Of a stretch of 64,000 nucleotides of DNA, positions 50,309-64,000 are shown in pieces. How positions within the stretch are numbered: the stretch's first letter is position 1; every line of letters starts with the position of its first letter. Source of the stretch: Blastocystis sp. Blastoise (lineage: Eukaryota > Protista > Bigyra: Opalinata). The notes below the pieces were generated by a model. It saw nothing but the letters and a program-made list of their open reading frames with translations. It did not search any database and was not told where the DNA came from. The position numbers were made by a program, and so were the translations under genes. The stretch covers positions 1,054,001 to 1,118,000 of the forward strand of contig JBBPEB010000004.1 of the NCBI GenBank assembly GCA_039096225.1, read 5' to 3'.

Positions 50309-53302
50309 TTATATTTGAATATATTTCATGATGATTTGATTGGCTATTTCATTTGATCCGCTTTCTCTGTATAATAATGATAAGTTATATGCAGCTTCTG
50401 TGACAGGTGTATACGTATTCCAAATAGTAATATAATCAGTAGGAATTGGTTGAGATTGATCTTCTATTTCTAAGACTTTATGATAATATTGCATAGCTAT
50501 GTCATACTGATGTAACTAGAAACATATATTATATTATGAATATTATATAAATTATATTATGAATATTATATAAATTATATTATGAGTATTATATAAATTA
50601 TATTATGAATATTATATTAATTATATTATGGATATTATATATATTATATTATGAATATTATATAAATTATAGTATGAATATTATATAAATTATATTATGA
50701 ATACTATATAAATTATATTATAAAACAATAGGATAATCATACTTGATGATAAACACGTGCGCTATTATAATAGCATTCCATTTTCCATAATTCTTGAGGT
50801 AATTTGAGTAGATCTTGAGAAGTATGTTTATATTCTATATAATCATTCATATTAAGATGATAAGATTTCTTTGAAGATATTTTTGTAGTTAAAAGAGAAG
50901 TATCCTTAGTTAATGCAGTAGTATCATTTGAAATATCATTATTTTTAATAGTTGATGTATTTTCATGGTTATTTGATTGATTTGAAAGAGATGTAGATTT
51001 AGATAGAGCAGGATATTCAGGAAGAAGAGGAATTGAATTTATATCTATATTAAGATCTATTGAAGAATTATTATTATCTTTATTGTTATTATTATTACTA
51101 TTATTATTATTATTAACCAAATTGTCATTATTAACCAAATTATTATTATTATTATTAATCAAAGGAATAGAGTGAGATATAGATTGTTGAAGAGAAGTTG
51201 AAACATCAATTGGATCTGTTAATAGATCTGTTATAACACGATATTCTTCTTCTTCTTCTTCTTCTTCTTCTTCTGAATGTATTTGGTTTTCAGGGTCTTC
51301 ATTTTCTTCTTCTTCTTCTTGTGTAGATTGCAAACTAGAAGGAATAGAAGAAATATTATCATTATTTTTAGTTAATACTCTTGTTTTACTACTATCATTA
51401 TTATTAGATTGTACATTTATATGATTATTATGATCTTCTCTTTCTTTATTCATATCCATATCCATATCTATGTCTATATCCATACTATTTCTTTGAAGAT
51501 CTATAGTTTTAAGATCATCAAGAAGAGGAAGGAGACGCATGGCTTGTTTTTGACGGAGATATGTATATTCTTGTAAGAGAGACAAACAATGAACACAATA
51601 GACATTGGAATAACTATGAATAATATATAAAATTAAATTATTTAAAATAATTCTTTTAATAACAAGAAATAATGAATTAATTATGAATGAATAGAGTTAG
51701 AGGATCTATGAATAAACTATAATAATAATAATAATATAAATACTGATTAGACTTTGAAAGAAGGAAATTGAGTATATGTATAAAATAGCAGAATAAAGGG
51801 AATGGTTCATTAGGAAGAGAAGCCATAGCATATTGACAATGTTGTTCTGCTCTAAGGGAATGACGAGATATAAATAAAGATGCTCTTGCTAATGATAATT
51901 TAGCCCTAAAAATAAGAAAGAAATATATGCGTGAATATAAATACATTAAGGAATTGAATAAAAATAAATAAAGTATGATAAATAAAAAGAGAATAACAAG
52001 ATACTTTATAATAATAGAGTATGGAGATAATATAATTGTAGATATAAGATTAAATAATATAGAATTTGTAGATATAAGATTAAATAATATATAATAAATT
52101 ATTCAATATAAATATACATATATTTTTGATTAGGTTTAGCTCTGGCGATAACTCTATAGAGAAGTATACGTTGTTCATAAGAGAGAAATGGAGTAAGTAA
52201 ACTAGTTAAAGTATATAAGGAAGAGAAGTCGAAATATTGTTGAATAGAAGTAACTGAAGAATAACGTTTGGATAGAGAGGAAGGAAGAGGAGGAGATGTA
52301 GTTATTGAAGGAATATCTCTATTAACAGATTCATTATTTGTTATATTTGTATTTGTATTTAATGTTGAATCTGAAAGAATGACTGTTGAAGATGAAGAAG
52401 GATCGTTAGCATTAGTGAAATATGTGTGTGTCATTATATGACGAATAGCTGTCATTGCTTCTTCATATCGACCAATCATAACTGAATAATAATAGAGATG
52501 AAGATATAGAGATCGAGAGAAGAAATAAGATGTAAACTATATATTAATATTTATATAGATATAGAATATGTTATATATGGACATAATGGTATGATTTGGA
52601 TATATATATAAAGATTAATAAAGAATATATTGATAGAAAAGAGGAGAGAAAAAAAGGTAAAATACTGAATATTTGCTAACCACTTGTTTAAGAAGAAACA
52701 TGGAGAATTCAGGGTGATTTAATAACGAATGAAACTAGATGAATAAAAATAATAGTGGATAAATTATTATAAACTGAAAAAGAAAGAGAGGAATAAATGA
52801 TATAGGAATTTAGGAATAAAAATAACAAAATAATATAGGAATAGAATAATATAGATAATAATATGGAATAATATACTTTACAGACATTAATAATAATACG
52901 ATAGAGTTTCTTTTGAGTTATTTGTAATGTGATATCTAGCATGTGACAGAGTTGATATACATGCTGACGATGGATTGAATCCGATGACGCATAGGGGAGA
53001 GGTAAAACAGCTATGAATAGAAATTATAGTATATTTATAATATATATAATGAATAATATATATATATATATATAATATGTATACGTTCTTGAATAATACA
53101 CCTTAAGATAGTATCCATTGTGTCTAGATATTTGACTCCTTCTCCTTCTATATCTTCTGTATTCACATACTTATCAACATCATCAATAAGAATATGTAAT
53201 TTCTCTAATTGTTGCATGTTTAACTATAAACATTCGTTATATACATAATAAATAAATATATATGTGAATATTAAATTTATAAAAATGAACATATAAAAAC
53301 AA

Positions 53303-53339
<37 letters not shown>

Positions 53340-56025
53340 TTCTTGTTCTAATTTAGAAAGAGGTCGTGGAATTGATTTGATCTATATATTTATATATTAT
53401 GATTATTATAAATAATAGAATAGAATAATAAACACAGTACATTTCGTTTTTTGGATCCCCCAGCATATCGTTGAAGTGTTTCAACAGCTTTTAACGTTTG
53501 TCCCGTTCGTTCATATAATTCGGACAATGAGAAAGCAATACTTACACGATATTCCAAAGATAATAATGTAGATGGATACTATAGAGAATAATCCTATTAT
53601 AGTATATTATATTATATATATATACATTAATAACTGTTTCATATTGTCGAATAGCATCATAATAGAGATTCATATTTGTATAACACTTGGCAACAACACA
53701 ATATAACTATATAATAATATATTTTATAATAAGATAGTAATAATAATAGATATAAATATACATAAGGAGTTTTATATTCTTGTTTTGTCATAAGTAATTT
53801 GAATGCCTTAATTGCTTCTTCGTAATCACCCATATCTGCAAGAGACTACAGGAAGAAGAATAAGTGTAATAATAATAATAAATAGAATAATAATAAATAG
53901 AATAATAATAAATATATAATAAATATAAAATAAATATAATAAATATAAAATAAATATAATAAATATAATAAATATAATAAATATAAAATAAATATAATAA
54001 GAAAAATTATACTTGAGCAACTTCTAGAATTAAATCAGAATAAAATTCAGTTTCTTGGTCAAATAATAAATTAAAACAATTCATTGCCTATAAAAACGCA
54101 TAATAATCCAATATATAATTAAAATATATTTCTATATATATATTATTATTTTATGATATTTTCTATTATATTGAATCTAATGGAATAATAATAATATATA
54201 TATATATATATATACTACTTCTTTCTCTCCTGTGTGTAATTTGGATATACCATAGACTACGGCTAGATCAATGGGTAGAGGACGATTTAATAAATCACTG
54301 CATTTCTCGATAAGTGTAATACAGGACTCGAAATTACCTTGTTTACAATAACTAATATATATATTTATAAGAATAGTATAGTAAAAATATAGAATAATTA
54401 TAGAATAATAATAAAATATATATACCAGTCTGCTAGTGAATTAACAACTTTTAATAATAAATTCAGTTGACTTTCTAGAGTATCACGTGTACTATCCCCT
54501 TCTAAGCATGTGCCTAAATCTTGATTGATTTGATCTACAAATATATATTTATATGCATTTTATATATATTAATGAAGAATAGCAATATTATTATATACAT
54601 ATTAATATATAATAATAAATAGTATATTAATGAAGAATAAAAATAACTATTTTATACATATTAATATATAATAATAAATAGTATATTAATGAATAACAAT
54701 AACTATATACATATTGATTTGAGAACAGTGGCCATTCTCTCTTGAAAGATCGAAAGGACATTTAATACTCCTCCAGTGAGTTTCGCTTGTTTATATAACG
54801 AGAGAAGAATCGTATAATCAGTAGGACACAAGGATGTCAATACTAATAGATCATTCATACACTATATATATATATATATATATTGATCATGTAATATTGA
54901 TATAATATATGAATAATGATTAATAATAAATATAATGATATTATATATATATTTATGTAAGCAATATTGATATTAGAATGATAGAACACATGAATAATGA
55001 TAATAACAAATATTTATATACTTTTTCATGATATCCTAATTTAGAATATAATACTGCGCGTTCTTGAAGAATAGAAATATTTTTATTATTATTTTTAAGG
55101 AGATGTTTATAGGCTTCTAATTCACGTTTTGATTGGTCCAATTGATGAGACAAAGAAGCTACTTGTGACCATAAATATTCATCCTATATATAAATATATA
55201 ATTATTATGTATTGTGATCATTCAATATAATTATGAACATAATAAATAAACTAGTATATACATTATTCGATAATGTTGCAGCTATATAATAACATTCAAG
55301 ACTATTTGAATAATTCTTTTCACTTTCATAAATAAGACCTAAAGTCTGGTAAACACCACAAATCAAGGATATATGTGAAAAAAAATAATAATAAATTGAA
55401 ATATAATATTATAAATATAAATAATATTATAATAAATATAAATAATAGAATAATATAAATAATATAATATAAATATAAATATAAAATAATAAACTGAATA
55501 ATGATAAAAAAACAACGAAAAATAATAGATATATATGTTCCACTAAAAGAAGGAGTTTCTTTAACAATTTCACTAAGTAAATGTTTAGCCTATATAAATC
55601 AATAAAAAAAATTTATTATATTTATATAAAACAAAATTTACTCTTGCAAAATCTTTCATAACATAAGATTTCTGTGCTTCACCATAGACAGCTTGTAAAT
55701 GTAATGAAAGTTGAGATTCTAATAAACAAAATAACATAAAAAAAGAATAAAATTATGGTAAAACACATTAAATAGAGAGAATAACAATACGAGGTGTTTT
55801 AGATTTCTTTTGTTTTTGCTTTTCCATTCGTCTTGATTGAACAAACTGTTCAACACCAAGACCAAAATGATTAATTGTTTGTTCAGAACCATCTCCAAGA
55901 TTCTTTTCATTGTTTAATAGCTATACATAATTCATTATCATAACTTATTATAAGAATACATCTTTATCAATTGAATTCACAACAATCAAATTCACTTCTT
56001 CGTCCGATAATTCAGATTCAGTCAT
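50309..56025 (-). CDS. GTF3C3: General transcription factor IIIC subunit 3 (TFIIIC102/Tfc4-like), multi-exon TPR protein
   Basis: Acidic N-terminus (MTESELSDEE), TPR array, PNEP motif, ECYYNSARVYHQL and C-terminal EAAYNLSLLYRESGSNEIANQIIMKYIQI, which are characteristic of TFIIIC102. Confidence 0.85.
50524..50722. repeat. Intronic minisatellite, about 21-22-nt unit
   Basis: TATATTATGAATATTATATAAAT-like unit, about 9 copies, in the last GTF3C3 intron. Confidence 0.85.
55349..55532 (-). other. Probable U12-type (minor spliceosome) AT-AC intron, 184 nt
   Basis: 5' end ATATCTAT, branch site TCCTTGAT (55369-55362), 3' end TAC 14 nt after the branch A. Removal gives in-frame PSFSGTY|QTLGLIYE. Confidence 0.8.
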
Positions 56026-56486
56026 ATTTCAGTAAAGAGAACGTCTGTAAATAAAATAAAATACTTGATGAATAGATCTTGAATAGTTTCAGTTGTTTTT
56101 TATTTAAAATATTTTCTGTTTTCTTTTTTCTAACAAAAACGAATCATTAAGCATTTAATACATAACAAAACAAGAGTAATTTCATCAATAATGGTACACG
56201 AATTATCACATTTCATTAAGAGAATAAGATACTATAAAAAAAACGTAATGGAATTAATTCAAAATAGTAAACAAATAAATACTAACATTTAATAAAAAAG
56301 GAAATCTACATATATTTATTATTATTATTTACAAATAAATATTTTGAGAAAAAGGAAAAAAGAGACATATAAAAGCTTAAAAAAAAATAATAGATATATA
56401 AAAGTGGAAAAGTATGTAGATAAAAATTTCAAAAGATAAATAATAACTAACTAAAAAGAATGCAAATAGTGTATAGTAAATCTATA

Positions 56487-56933
56487 TTAAAAATTTGTCA
56501 ATTGTGTTTGAAGATGAACTTGAAGACAACCCAAAAATGAAGAACAAAACTTACAAGTATTACATCTACAGACACTTCGATGATGGAAGAAAAATTTCAT
56601 TAAATTACAATGTTTAACAGAACATTTAGCTTTTTTACAAGTAGAAACATGCATTAAAAAGTCTGATAATTTCGTTCTTGATTCAGGAGTAAGTGATTTC
56701 CATTTTCGACAAGGACAAGTAGAATGCTCACCACATTTTACAGTATGTAATAACAATAAATATATTTTTGATATCGAAAGAATGAATTTCTTTTCAAGAT
56801 TCGAAGTCTGCATCGCTTTGTCAAGAGGTGTTTCGATCTCTTTTCTATTCAATAACTCATCCCAACATTTTTGAATGTCTTGTTTATTTTCTACAACTGG
56901 TAATTGAGACCAATCCATACGGCACACTTGCAT
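56487..56933 (-). CDS. Small TAZ-type zinc-finger protein
   Basis: Single exon. LLLHTVKC..CPC, HVSTCKKAKCSVKHC and HHRSVCRCNTCKFC follow the H-x3-C...C...C triplet pattern of TAZ fingers. Confidence 0.7.
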   Translation of the reverse strand: MQVCRMDWSQLPVVENKQDIQKCWDELLNRKEIETPLDKAMQTSNLEKKFILSISKIYLLLLHTVKCGEHSTCPCRKWKSLTPESRTKLSDFLMHVSTCKKAKCSVKHCNLMKFFFHHRSVCRCNTCKFCSSFLGCLQVHLQTQLTNF

Positions 56934-58863
56934 AAAGTTCAAAGAAAATGATAGAAAAAATGAAGTCTAGATGTGATTATATATCAAATAATATATATAG
57001 CCTTAAAGAAAACAATATAAAAACTACTCTTCATGATTCAAAATACTGACTCTATTTTCAAGAATCAAATGGTTCGAGATTCATTTGTTCAGAATTCCAT
57101 GAAGATTATTTGTATGTCCACTATAATTCATTTTTTCCCCGAAAACGGTTACTTTAATGGATAATTAATTTAATTTTCTTAGAATAATGTATTTTAGAAT
57201 TTCTGTAAGCAAAAACTGAAAAGAAAAATAAAACACATTTCTAGAATATATTTATTACTTACATAAGAATTTCTTAATGTTCTTTTTTTTATTATCTATT
57301 GAAATGAATATGTAACAGATATATTTACTTCATTGCTGTATTTAAAAAACATATCAGACGTAGGACAATAATCACTTTTATAGAAAGAGTCTTGTACTTC
57401 CGTTTTTCATAGTATAACTTTTGTCTCTTTTATTCTTTTCGTTAATCTCTTTTATTGTTCGTATACACACAAGATGATACATGATGATCTGTGTTCAAAT
57501 TATTCAATTTTAATTGTAATCGTAAACAGTAATTCTTTAAAAGTTCTTTTTTTTATTATTGACGATCGTTCTGTTTCGTGATGAACCTGCTTTTCGTAGT
57601 TTATACCCTTTTAGAATGTCATCACACATTGAAAATATCGAAAACAATGATAATTTCGTTGAACTGTCTGCTAAATGATTCGTTTTTGTTTGTATATACG
57701 TAGGATAGCATCGTTGTATGTTTGTATAATTGACAGTAACTGAGTCTATCAGTTAAAAAAAGAGAGTCAGTTTTGAATATCTAAAAAAGGAAAGACAATT
57801 CAGCGGAAAGCAAAATCCCAAAAAAAAACAGAAATGACTGGGGATAGTAAACACAACTTTAGATCCTTTTACAAATAGTGTTTTTATAATAAACATTATT
57901 TACTGTATTTACATATCAAAATAAGTATAGAAAATGATAAACTAAGAATAGAATAGTTCGATTGATGTTCACGAAATTAAGAAAGTTTTATAGAATTTTT
58001 GAAAATAACTTTTTTTTAGATAAAAAAATATGTGTGAATAATAATTGATGTTTCTTGTTGATAAGAATAAAAAATGTCCTAAGAAATTGTAAATGTGTGT
58101 TGTCAGAATTTGATTTTAGGGTCTAGATAAGATAGAAGATCTCTCAAATTGCTGTTCGCAATATGATTTTGAAGTTTGCAAACGATATTAGGAAATAATA
58201 AGTTTGTGTGTGTATTTATTTGAATTTTTCTATAAAAGTATATTGCGGAAAAGTATTTTAATTTCGAAATCAATAATTTGTATTAAAATAGTTGTTGTAG
58301 TTAAAATGTTGTATATTATTATAATATATGATTTTCAGGCAATATATGAATCATTTCTTGTTAATCAATTAGATACTCAAAAGTAGATTCGCTTAATTTA
58401 TACTCCAAGCACTCTGAAAATTTTAAGGATATAGCAAAGACATTATATACTGATGATTCGGATTCGATTGGATTGTTAATGAAAAGAAATTAATATTCTT
58501 TACCATATTTATTAGTCTTATATCTATTTTGAGCAATTTGTATGATCAACCAAGATAACTTTTGTCTGATTTTTCTGTGTGATTCATCACAAATTATTCT
58601 AATTTTGTAATTTAAAAATAAAATAATTATTTCTCAATAAGCTAACAATTTATGAAATTGTCATGAATACTGTTAATACTTATTTAACATAGTATACATT
58701 GAAATAAAAGCAAAGAAATAAAGAAATAAAAATAATCACTAAAATAAATAATTTCTAAGAGAGAACAAGTGAAATAATCATGAAATTAGAAAAATACAGA
58801 AGAAATCATTTTCAAAAGAGATTTCCTCATTGTTTATAACTTAATACAAGCGATACATAAGAA

Positions 58864-60839
58864 ATGCTTGCAAAATTTGAAACAAAAAGTAGTCGTGTCA
58901 AGGGTGTTTCTTTTCATCCTACTAGACCTTGGATTCTTTGTTCTCTTCACGATGGTCAAATTCAATTATGGGATTATCGTGTAGGTACATTATTAGAAAC
59001 CTTCCAAGAACATGAAGGTCCTGTTCGTAGTGTTGATTTTCATCCTTCTCAACCTTTATTTGTTTCTGGTGGTGATGATTACAAAATAAGAGTTTGGAAT
59101 TACAGACAAAAGCGTTGTCTCTTTGCCTTATTAGGACATCTTGATTATATTAGAACAGTATGTTTTCATCCTGAATGTCCTTGGATTTTATCTGCATCTG
59201 ATGATCAAAATATCAGAATATGGAATTGGCAATCTCGTGAATGTTTAACTGTATTAGCAGGTCATAATCATTATGTTATGTCTGCTCAATTCCATCCAAA
59301 AGAAGATTTAGTTATTTCTGCATCTCTTGATCAAACAATTCGTGTTTGGGATATTTCTGGTTTACGTCAAAGTAGAACGAAAGCTCCTGGTCAATTACCT
59401 CAACCATCGGGTGTTATTGGTCGATTAGGTTCTGAAATTCTTGGTGTAGTTAAATATGTTTTAGAAGGTCATGAACGTGGTGTAAATTGGGCATCATTTC
59501 ATCCTGAATTACCTCTTATTGTATCAGGTTCAGATGATCGTCAAATTAAAATATGGAGATATAATGAAATTAAAGCTTGGGAGATTGATAATTTACGTGG
59601 TCATACAAATAATGTGAGTTGTGTTATTTTCCATCCTAAAGAAGATCTTATTATTTCTGATTCTGAAGATCATAGTATACGTGTTTGGGATGGTACTAAG
59701 CGTATTGCTCTTCAAACTTTTATGAGAGCTCATGATCGTTTCTGGATTATTACTGCTCATAAAACACAAAACTTATTAGCTGCTGGTCATGATACAGGTG
59801 CTGTTGTATTTAAATTAAGAAGAGAAAGACCCCCGCTTGTTGTCAATAATAATCAATGCTTCTATGTTAAAGATAGGTATTTTATTTAATAATTATTTTG
59901 TAATTTATATATATATATTATTGTATTAAAATTCTTAATGGTTATTCATTTAATTTTAACATTCTATTTTTATTATTGTATATTGACATTTATTTTTTAA
60001 ATTTAATTAGTAGTATTTTAATAGATATTCATAATTTTTAGAATATTTTTCTATATTTTTAATTATTTTCTATGTTTTTATATTTTTAATTATTTTCTAT
60101 AATTTTATATTTTTATATTTTTAATTATTTTCTATAATTTTATATTTTTATTTTTTTAATTATTTTCTATATTTTTATATTTTTATAATTTTCTATATTT
60201 TTATATTTTTATATTTTCTATATATCTATAATTTCCCATAATCACAGTGTATTCATTCTTCTAATACTTATAATTCTCTATAGATATTATCGTATTCGTG
60301 ATTTTGGCGATAATAACCGTGATACTGCTTTATTCCCTGTGACTCGCGGTCCTGCTTCTATTAATACTGCTCCTCGTACGATGTGTTATAATACTCTGAA
60401 TACCTCTCAAAACAACGTTCTTATTCATACTCAAGCTGATGGAGGTAGTTATGAACTTCTTGTCTTTAGTTTAGATAATAATAATAAACAACAACCTGAT
60501 ATACGTAGTGGAGTTGCGAAATCGGTTTGTTTTACTACTCGTAATCGTTTTATTACGTTAGAAGATGATAATACTATTCTTATTAAGAACCTTGAGAATC
60601 AAGTCACAAAGCGTGTGACACTCCCTCTGTCAGGCGTACAATCTGTATATTTCGGTGGTTGTAGCGGTCGTGTTCTCCTTAAAACTGATGAACACATGGT
60701 TCTTTATGATTATTCTAGTGGACAAATCTTAGGAGACTTAACTGTTAGTAATGTCAAACGTATTTCTTGGGACAAGAAATGTACTCGCGTTGCTATTGTC
60801 TGTAAACAAGGAATTACTATTGCTAATAAAGATCTTAAA

Positions 60840-60903
<64 letters not shown>

Positions 60904-63429
60904 GCTATTCATTAATGATAACTTTTTTGCTTTTAAAGAATATAAATATATTGATTAAATATTCTTTTTTTAAATATAAGGAATATATATAGTTTATTAT
61001 TATGATTTGATATACTATTTTATAAAATTAATAATTCAATATTATAATTCTAGTTATCTATTATTCATATAATTGATATAATTCTTATTATTTGTTATTC
61101 ATATAATTCTTATAAATCTATAAATATATCTATAGTCTGTTTGTAATGTGACGGATCCTCTTCGTATCAAGGATGCTATTTGGGATGATCGTGGTGCTCT
61201 TCTCTATAGTACTTTATCTCAAGTAAAGTACCTTCTTCCTTCAGGAGAACAAGGAATAGTTCGTTCTTTAGATGAACCTATTTATTTAGTTACTATTAAG
61301 GGCAATTCTCTCTTCGCTTTTAATAGAGATAATAACGTCTGCAAACTTGAAATTGACCCTACTGAGTACTTATTTAAGGTATTTAACTAGAGTCTTATTA
61401 TATCTATTCTTATTCTGTATATATTAGTTTTTATATAATCAATATTTATTCGAATTCTATTTTATTTACCTTTAATGCTTATTATTATATATTCTTGCTT
61501 ATAATGAGTTATAATAATAATAATAATATATATATATAGTTAGCTTTAGAACAGAATCATTATCGTGAAGCTATTCGTATTATTAAGGATCAAAAGGTAG
61601 ATGGTCAAGCCATCGTTAGTTACCTTCAAAGAAGAGGATTTGAAGACATTGCACTTCATTTCGTTCAAGAACCTAGAGCTCGTTTTAATCTTGCTATTCG
61701 ATGTGGTAATCTTGAAGTATGTATTATTATGTTTATTATTATGTTTATATTGTGCTTATTATGTTTATATTGTGTTTATTATGTTTATTAAGTTTATTAA
61801 TATGTTTATTATTATGTTTATATTGTGCTTATTATGTTTATTATGTTTATTATTATGTTTATTATGTTTATTATGTTTATTATATTTATTATATTTATTA
61901 TTATGTTTATTATGTTTATTATGTTTATAATTCTTTATATACTTTATAATTCTTAAAGCTATTCTATAATATGCTTAATTTATTAATTATTATAATATTT
62001 AGTTTAACTCATTTTAAAAATCTTTTTTCTTTTTTTAAATAATTATATATATATATATCTACATATATATATAGATTGCTTTAGAGTGTGCTCATATATT
62101 AGACGAGACCGAGATCTGGAATACACTTGCTACTGAAGCTCTTCGTCAGGGAAACCATCAAATTGTGGAAATGGCATATCAAAAAACTAAAGCTTTCGAA
62201 AAATTATCATTCCTTTATCTTATTACTGGTATATATATAAATTATTAAATATAAATTATTAAATATAAATTATTAAATATAAATTATTAAATATAAATTA
62301 TTAAATATAAATTATTAAATATAAATTATTAAATATAAATTATAAAAAATAAATTATAAAAATACAAATTATAAACAATTATAAAATATAAATTAATCTT
62401 ATATATACTATTATTCTATATAGGTAATATGGATAAATTAAGAAAGATGCTTAAGATTGCTGAAATGCGTGGAGATATTATGTCTCGTTTCCATAACTGT
62501 CTCTATTTAGGAGATGTTGAAGGTCGTATTAATATATTAAAAGAAGTAGGACAATATACATTAGCTTATATTACTGCTTCTACTTATGGTATTACTGAAG
62601 AAGCTGAAATGCTTAAGAATAAACTTATAGTATATATTATATATATATGTATTCTATATTCTATATTCTATATTCTATGAAATCGATGTGTTTTTTTTAT
62701 TAACTTTGAATATTATTTATATTATTATATTATTATATATATATAGGAGGATGGTTTACCAGTTCCCGAGTTGAATCCTAATGCTGAATTATTGATGCCT
62801 CCAGTACCTTTAACTCAAGAAGGTAATTGGCCTTTATTAGAAACCCCTAAGAGTACATTTGATAGAGTTATGGAAGAAGAAGAAAAGGGAATACCAGAAG
62901 AAGATGTTGAAAATGAATTTAAAAAAGCTAAAGAAGAAGGTATTTTTTATTATTCTATTTTATTATTCTTTTTTATTATATATTTTATTATATGCTTATT
63001 TATAATAATAATAATTAACATAATAATAATAATTAACATAATAATAAATATAATCAATATAAACATAATAATAATAATATATATAACAACATATATATAT
63101 ATATATAGAAGGTACAGGTTGGTCAGATGATGATATGGGTATAGAAGATGAATTCCAAGTAGAAGGAGAGGAACAGAATGGATGGGGTGATGATTTAGAT
63201 CTCGATATGGGAGATACGGATATTCCCGTGGAAACAAAGCATGAAGATACTCAAGATTCTATTCCTAAATATGGTAATAATAGTAGTCAGAAATGGTGTC
63301 AAGATAGTAGTTTAGCTCATGATCATGCTTCTGCTGGATCTATTGATACTGTCGTTCAATTACTTAATAGACAAATTGGTGTTGTCAATTTTGAACCTTT
63401 ACAAGAATCTATTCTTGGAGCTTATACGA

Positions 63430-63467
<38 letters not shown>

Positions 63468-63815
63468 TTTTTATGTATATTTATATTTTTGATACAATTA
63501 ACTATATATATATCTATAATAAAGAATATGATTATAACAATTATTATTATATATTTCTCTCTTTATAAAGGTGTTCATGCTACTTTACCTGGATTCCCAG
63601 GATTATCTTCTCTTTCTACTCCTCTTTATCGTTTCTCCAATGATTCTACTTCTCTACCTCTTTCTGTATTCCGTGTAGAACATTTGACTCAATTAATGAA
63701 AGTAGGTCACCGTTTATTCCAAGCAGGTAAATTTGAAGAAACACTCTCTGCTTTCCGTCATCTTATTCTTGCTATACCGATGATGGTTGTAGACACAAAA
63801 GAAGAAGAAGCAGCT
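58864..63815 (+). CDS. COPA: Coatomer subunit alpha (alpha-COP), multi-exon, continues beyond the window
   Basis: [25 protein letters not shown]40 propeller; [32 protein letters not shown] and [15 protein letters not shown] motifs. Confidence 0.98.
61718..61930. repeat. Intronic (TTATGTTTA)n-type minisatellite
   Basis: 9-12 nt units in a COPA intron; they explain the LLCLLC and YYVYYV ORFs. Confidence 0.85.
62235..62345. repeat. Intronic 14-nt minisatellite (ATAAATTATTAAAT)n
   Basis: About 7-8 copies in a COPA intron. Confidence 0.85.
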
Positions 63816-64000
63816 GTATATATTTATATAATATAAATTAGTTGTTTAGAAAACAATTAATTATTAAATATTATTTTAAATTTATATTATTCTAATTATA
63901 ATATTATTTTATTCATAATTATATATAATATAATAATTATAAGAGTATAATTCTTTTAATTCATATAATAATAGTAATTAAATATAAAAATATATATATA

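Noticed and set aside
51906-52117. U12-like branch TTCCTTAAT followed by an AC, and GTATCTT, inside a GTF3C3 intron
   Set aside because: A single ordinary GT-AG intron already restores the frame (KYM|AKL); a nested minor intron is not required, though RNA-seq could revisit this.

Overview
Very AT-rich, intron-rich eukaryotic DNA in the standard genetic code. Gene content (He_PIG-type surface protein, BTB/TLDc protein) suggests a Blastocystis-like stramenopile; this is inference only. Layout: (1) 1-5380, the 3' part of a large Ig-like-repeat membrane protein gene. (2) About 5.4-30.8 kb, a gene-poor repeat island. Its core is an apparently intact, 5-exon CMC (CACTA/Mirage/Chapaev)-type DDE transposase plus a divergent spliced accessory gene, sandwiched between two 4.0-4.5 kb non-coding direct repeats. 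Each repeat starts with a GC-rich hairpin and carries a microsatellite and satellite-like internal subrepeats. (3) 30.9-64 kb, host genes: a nucleotidyltransferase-fold/ankyrin protein, tRNA-Thr(AGT), a BTB-like/TLDc protein, a VSP/TPTE-like phosphatase with a charge-poor sensor, TFIIIC subunit GTF3C3, a TAZ zinc-finger protein and COPA. Splicing oddities: a probable U12-type AT-AC intron and a GC-AG intron in GTF3C3, and an intron built from three complete tandem mini-introns. Exon joins were assembled by hand; no database searches were run.
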